The translations under genes were made by a program, and so were the position numbers. The notes below the pieces were generated by a model. That model had not been told where the DNA came from. It saw only the letters and a list, made by a program, of their open reading frames with translations, and did not search any database. A stretch of 64,000 bases of DNA from Eledone cirrhosa (lineage: Eukaryota). This document shows, piece after piece, positions 61,801 through 64,000 of this stretch (within the stretch, counting starts at the first letter, position 1; every line of letters starts with the position of its first letter). The DNA lies in NCBI GenBank assembly GCA_964016885.1, contig OZ024743.1, forward strand, positions 131,812,001 through 131,876,000, given 5' to 3'.

Positions 61801-64000
61801 TTTGTGCTTGATGCTTGGTGTTTGTTGTTTGGTGCTAGGGGCTTAGTGCTTGGTGCTTGGTGTTTGGTGCTTGGTACTTGCTGTTTGGTGTTTGGTGCTT
61901 GGTGCGTGGGACTTAGTGTTTGGTGTTTGGTGCTTGGTGTTTGGTGCTTGGTGTTTGGGGCTTGGTGTTCGGTGCTTGGTGCCTGGTTCTTGGGGCTTGG
62001 TGTTTGGTGTTTGGTGCTTGGTGCTTGGTGTTTGATGTTGGGTCCTTGGTGCTTGGTGCTTGGTGTTTGGTGCTTGGTGTTTGGTGCTTGGTGCTTGATG
62101 TTTGGTGTTTGGTTCTTGGTGCTTGGTGTTTGGTGTTTGGTGTTTGGTGCTTGGTACTTGGTGCTTGGTGTTTGGAGCTTGGTGCATGGTGCTTGGTGCT
62201 GCGTGCTTGGTGTTTGGTGTTTGGTGCTTGGTGCCTGGTGCTTGTTGTTTGGTGTTTGGTGCTTAATGCTTGGTGTTTGGTGTTTGGTGCTTGGTGCTTG
62301 GTGGCTGGTGTTTGGTGCTTGGTGTTTGGAGTTTGCTGCTTGGTGCTTGGTGCCTGGTGTTTCGTGCTTGGTGCTTGGTGCTTGGTGTTTCGTGTTTGGT
62401 GCTTGGTGTTTGGTGCTTGGTGCTTGGTGCTTGGTGCCTGGTGTTTGGTGCTTGGTGTTTGATGCTGCGTGCTTGGTGTTTGGTGTTTGGTGCTTGGTGC
62501 TTGGTGTTTGGTGTTTGGAGCTTGGTGCCTGGTGCTTGTTGTTTGGTGTTTGGTGCTTGGTGCTTGGTGATTGGTTTTTGGTGCTTGGTGCTTGGTTCTT
62601 GGTATCTGGTGTTTGGTGCTTGATGTTTGGTGTTTGGTGCTTGCTGCTTGGCGCTTGGTGTTTGGTGTTTGGTGCTTGGTGCTTGGTGTTTGGTGCTTGG
62701 TGTTTGTTGTTTTGTGTTTGGTGTTTGGTGTTTGGTACCTGGTGCTTGGTGCTTGGTGCTTGTTGTTTGGTGCTTGGTGCTTGGTGATTAGTGTTTGGTG
62801 CTTGGTGCTTGCGGTTTGGTGTTTGGTGCTTGGGGTTTGGTGTTTGCTGCTTGGTGCTTGGTGTTTGGTGCTTTGTGCTTGGTGCTTGGTGTTTGGTGCT
62901 TGGTGCTTGGAGTTTGGTGCTTGGTGCTTGGTGTTTGGTGTTTGGCATTTGCTGTTTGCTGTTTGCTTTTTGGTGTTTGCTGTTTGCTGTTTGCTGTTTG
63001 GTGTTTGCTGTTTGGTGCTTGATGTTTGGTGTTTGGTGTTTGGTGCTTGGTGCTTGGTGTTTGGTGCTTGGTGCTTGGTGCTGGGTGTTTGGTGCTTGGT
63101 GCTTGGTGTTTGGTGCTTGGTGCTTGTTGCTTGGTGTTTGGTCCTTGGTGCTTGGTGCTTGGGTTTTGGTGTTTGGTGCTTGCTGTTTGGTGCTTGCTCT
63201 TTGGTGCTTGGTGCTTGGTGATTCGTGATTGGTGATTGGTGCTTGGGGTTTGGTGTTTGGTGCTTGGTGTTTGGTGCTTGGTGCTTGCTGTTTGGCGTTT
63301 GGTGTTTGGTTTTGGTGCTTGGTGTTTGATGTTTGGTGTTTGGTGCTTGGTGCTTGGTGTTTGGTGCTGCGTGCTTGGTGTTTGGTGTTTGGTGCTTGGT
63401 GCCTGGTGCTTGTTGTTTGGTGTTTGGTGCTTAGTGCTTGGTGTTTGGTGTTTGGTGCTTGGTGGCTGGTGCTTGGTGCTTGGTGTTTCGTGCTTGGGGC
63501 TTGGTGCTTGGTGTTTGGTGTTTGGTGCTTGGTGTTTGGTGTTTGGTACTTGGTGCTTGGTGCTTGGTGCTTGGTGTTTGGTGCTTGGTGTTTGATGCTG
63601 CGTGTTTATGTTTGGTGTTTGGTGCTTGGTACTTGGTGCTTGGTGTTTGGTGTTTGGTGCTTGGTACTTGGTGATTAGTGTTTGGTGCTTGGTGCTTGCG
63701 GTTTGGTGTTTGGTGCTTGGGGTTTGGTGTTTGGTGCTTGGTGCTTGCTGCTTGGTGCTTGGTGTTTGGTGCTTGGTGCTTGGTGTTTGGTGTTTGGTGC
63801 TTGGGGTTTGGTGTTTGGTGCTTGGTGCTTGGAGTTTGGTGCTTGGTGCTTGGTGTTTGGAGTTTGGTGCTTGGTGCTTGGTGCCTGGTGCTTGTTGTTT
63901 GGTGTTTGGTGCTTAGTGGTTGGTGTTTGGTGTTTGGTGCTTGGTGCTTGGTGGCTGGTGTTTGGTGCTTGGTGTTTGGAGTTTGGTGTTTGGTGCTTGG

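Larger units (their letters stand above)
1..64000 (+). repeat. Heptameric satellite array (TTGGTGY)n, single orientation, running off both window edges
   Basis: TTGGTGC and TTGGTGT units are readable in every line. Other units are 1-3 substitution variants (TTGCTGT, TTGTTGT, TTCGTGC, TTAGTGT, TTGATGC, TTGGGGC, TTGGTAC, TTGGTGA) or rare 6- or 8-nt units. All three frames of a strand give the same 7-aa periodic peptide, as expected for a 7-mer. Confidence 0.99.

Noticed and set aside
3-63916. Hundreds of ORFs in the six-frame track as protein-coding genes
   Set aside because: All overlapping frames give the same heptad peptide. Starts and stops are point variants of the repeat, most + starts are TTG/GTG from the consensus itself, and there are no unique domains or visible ribosome-binding sites.
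23240-63960. GGTGGCTGGTG and GCTGGGTGG motifs as E. coli-type Chi sites (GCTGGTGG)
   Set aside because: No exact match noticed. The resemblance is expected in a G/T-rich repeat.
1-64000. CRISPR array or repeat-spacer system
   Set aside because: No unique spacers. Everything between landmarks is the same heptamer, and landmark spacing is irregular.
1-64000. Fungal RIP signature (TpG>TpA variants such as TTAGTG and TTGGTA)
   Set aside because: Such variants are sparse, transversions (TTGCTG, TTGTTG, TTCGTG, TTGGGG) appear at least as common, and most TpG sites are intact.
1-64000. A single fixed-period higher-order repeat
   Set aside because: Block offsets vary (462, 1105, 1119, 2049, 2140-2245, 2846, 3148, 3601, 3720-3776, ~4631) with no common period beyond the 7-mer.
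1-64000. Inverted repeats, terminators, tRNA/rRNA or transposon ends
   Set aside because: No reverse-orientation (CACCAA) tract was seen on the + strand, and the scarcity of A and C precludes extended Watson-Crick stems. Short palindromes (GTAC, TTAA, CATG, CTAG) are point variants.
1-64000. Random low-complexity sequencing noise
   Set aside because: Variant patterns recur faithfully over kilobases with nested, hierarchical divergence, which noise would not produce. Local misassembly of blocks remains possible.

Overview
The whole 64 kb window is one uninterrupted head-to-tail tandem array of a 7-bp unit, consensus TTGGTG(C/T) (minus strand (G/A)CACCAA), roughly 9,100 units (64,000/7). The + strand is G/T-rich and almost lacks A. 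I saw no unique sequence, strand inversion, transposon insertion, RNA gene or credible CDS. Every ORF in the track is the heptad peptide expected from translating a 7-mer (LVLGAWC/LVFGVWC on +, TKHQAPS/TKHQTPN on -). The structure lies in the variants. The C/T position forms an aperiodic binary pattern, and rare variant units act as landmarks. These reveal kb-scale near-identical duplications (offsets 2846, 3601, 2049, ~2.2 kb, ~4.63 kb, 3148, ~3.76 kb, 3720/3776), a shuffled four-module mosaic in the first ~18.5 kb, two interleaved variant subfamilies, indels mostly in whole heptamers, and higher divergence at the right end. The best reading is a simple-sequence satellite with irregular higher-order structure, possibly telomere-related. 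The host cannot be determined from this window, and I find no direct evidence of a protein-coding system. Block boundaries were placed by eye and are approximate.
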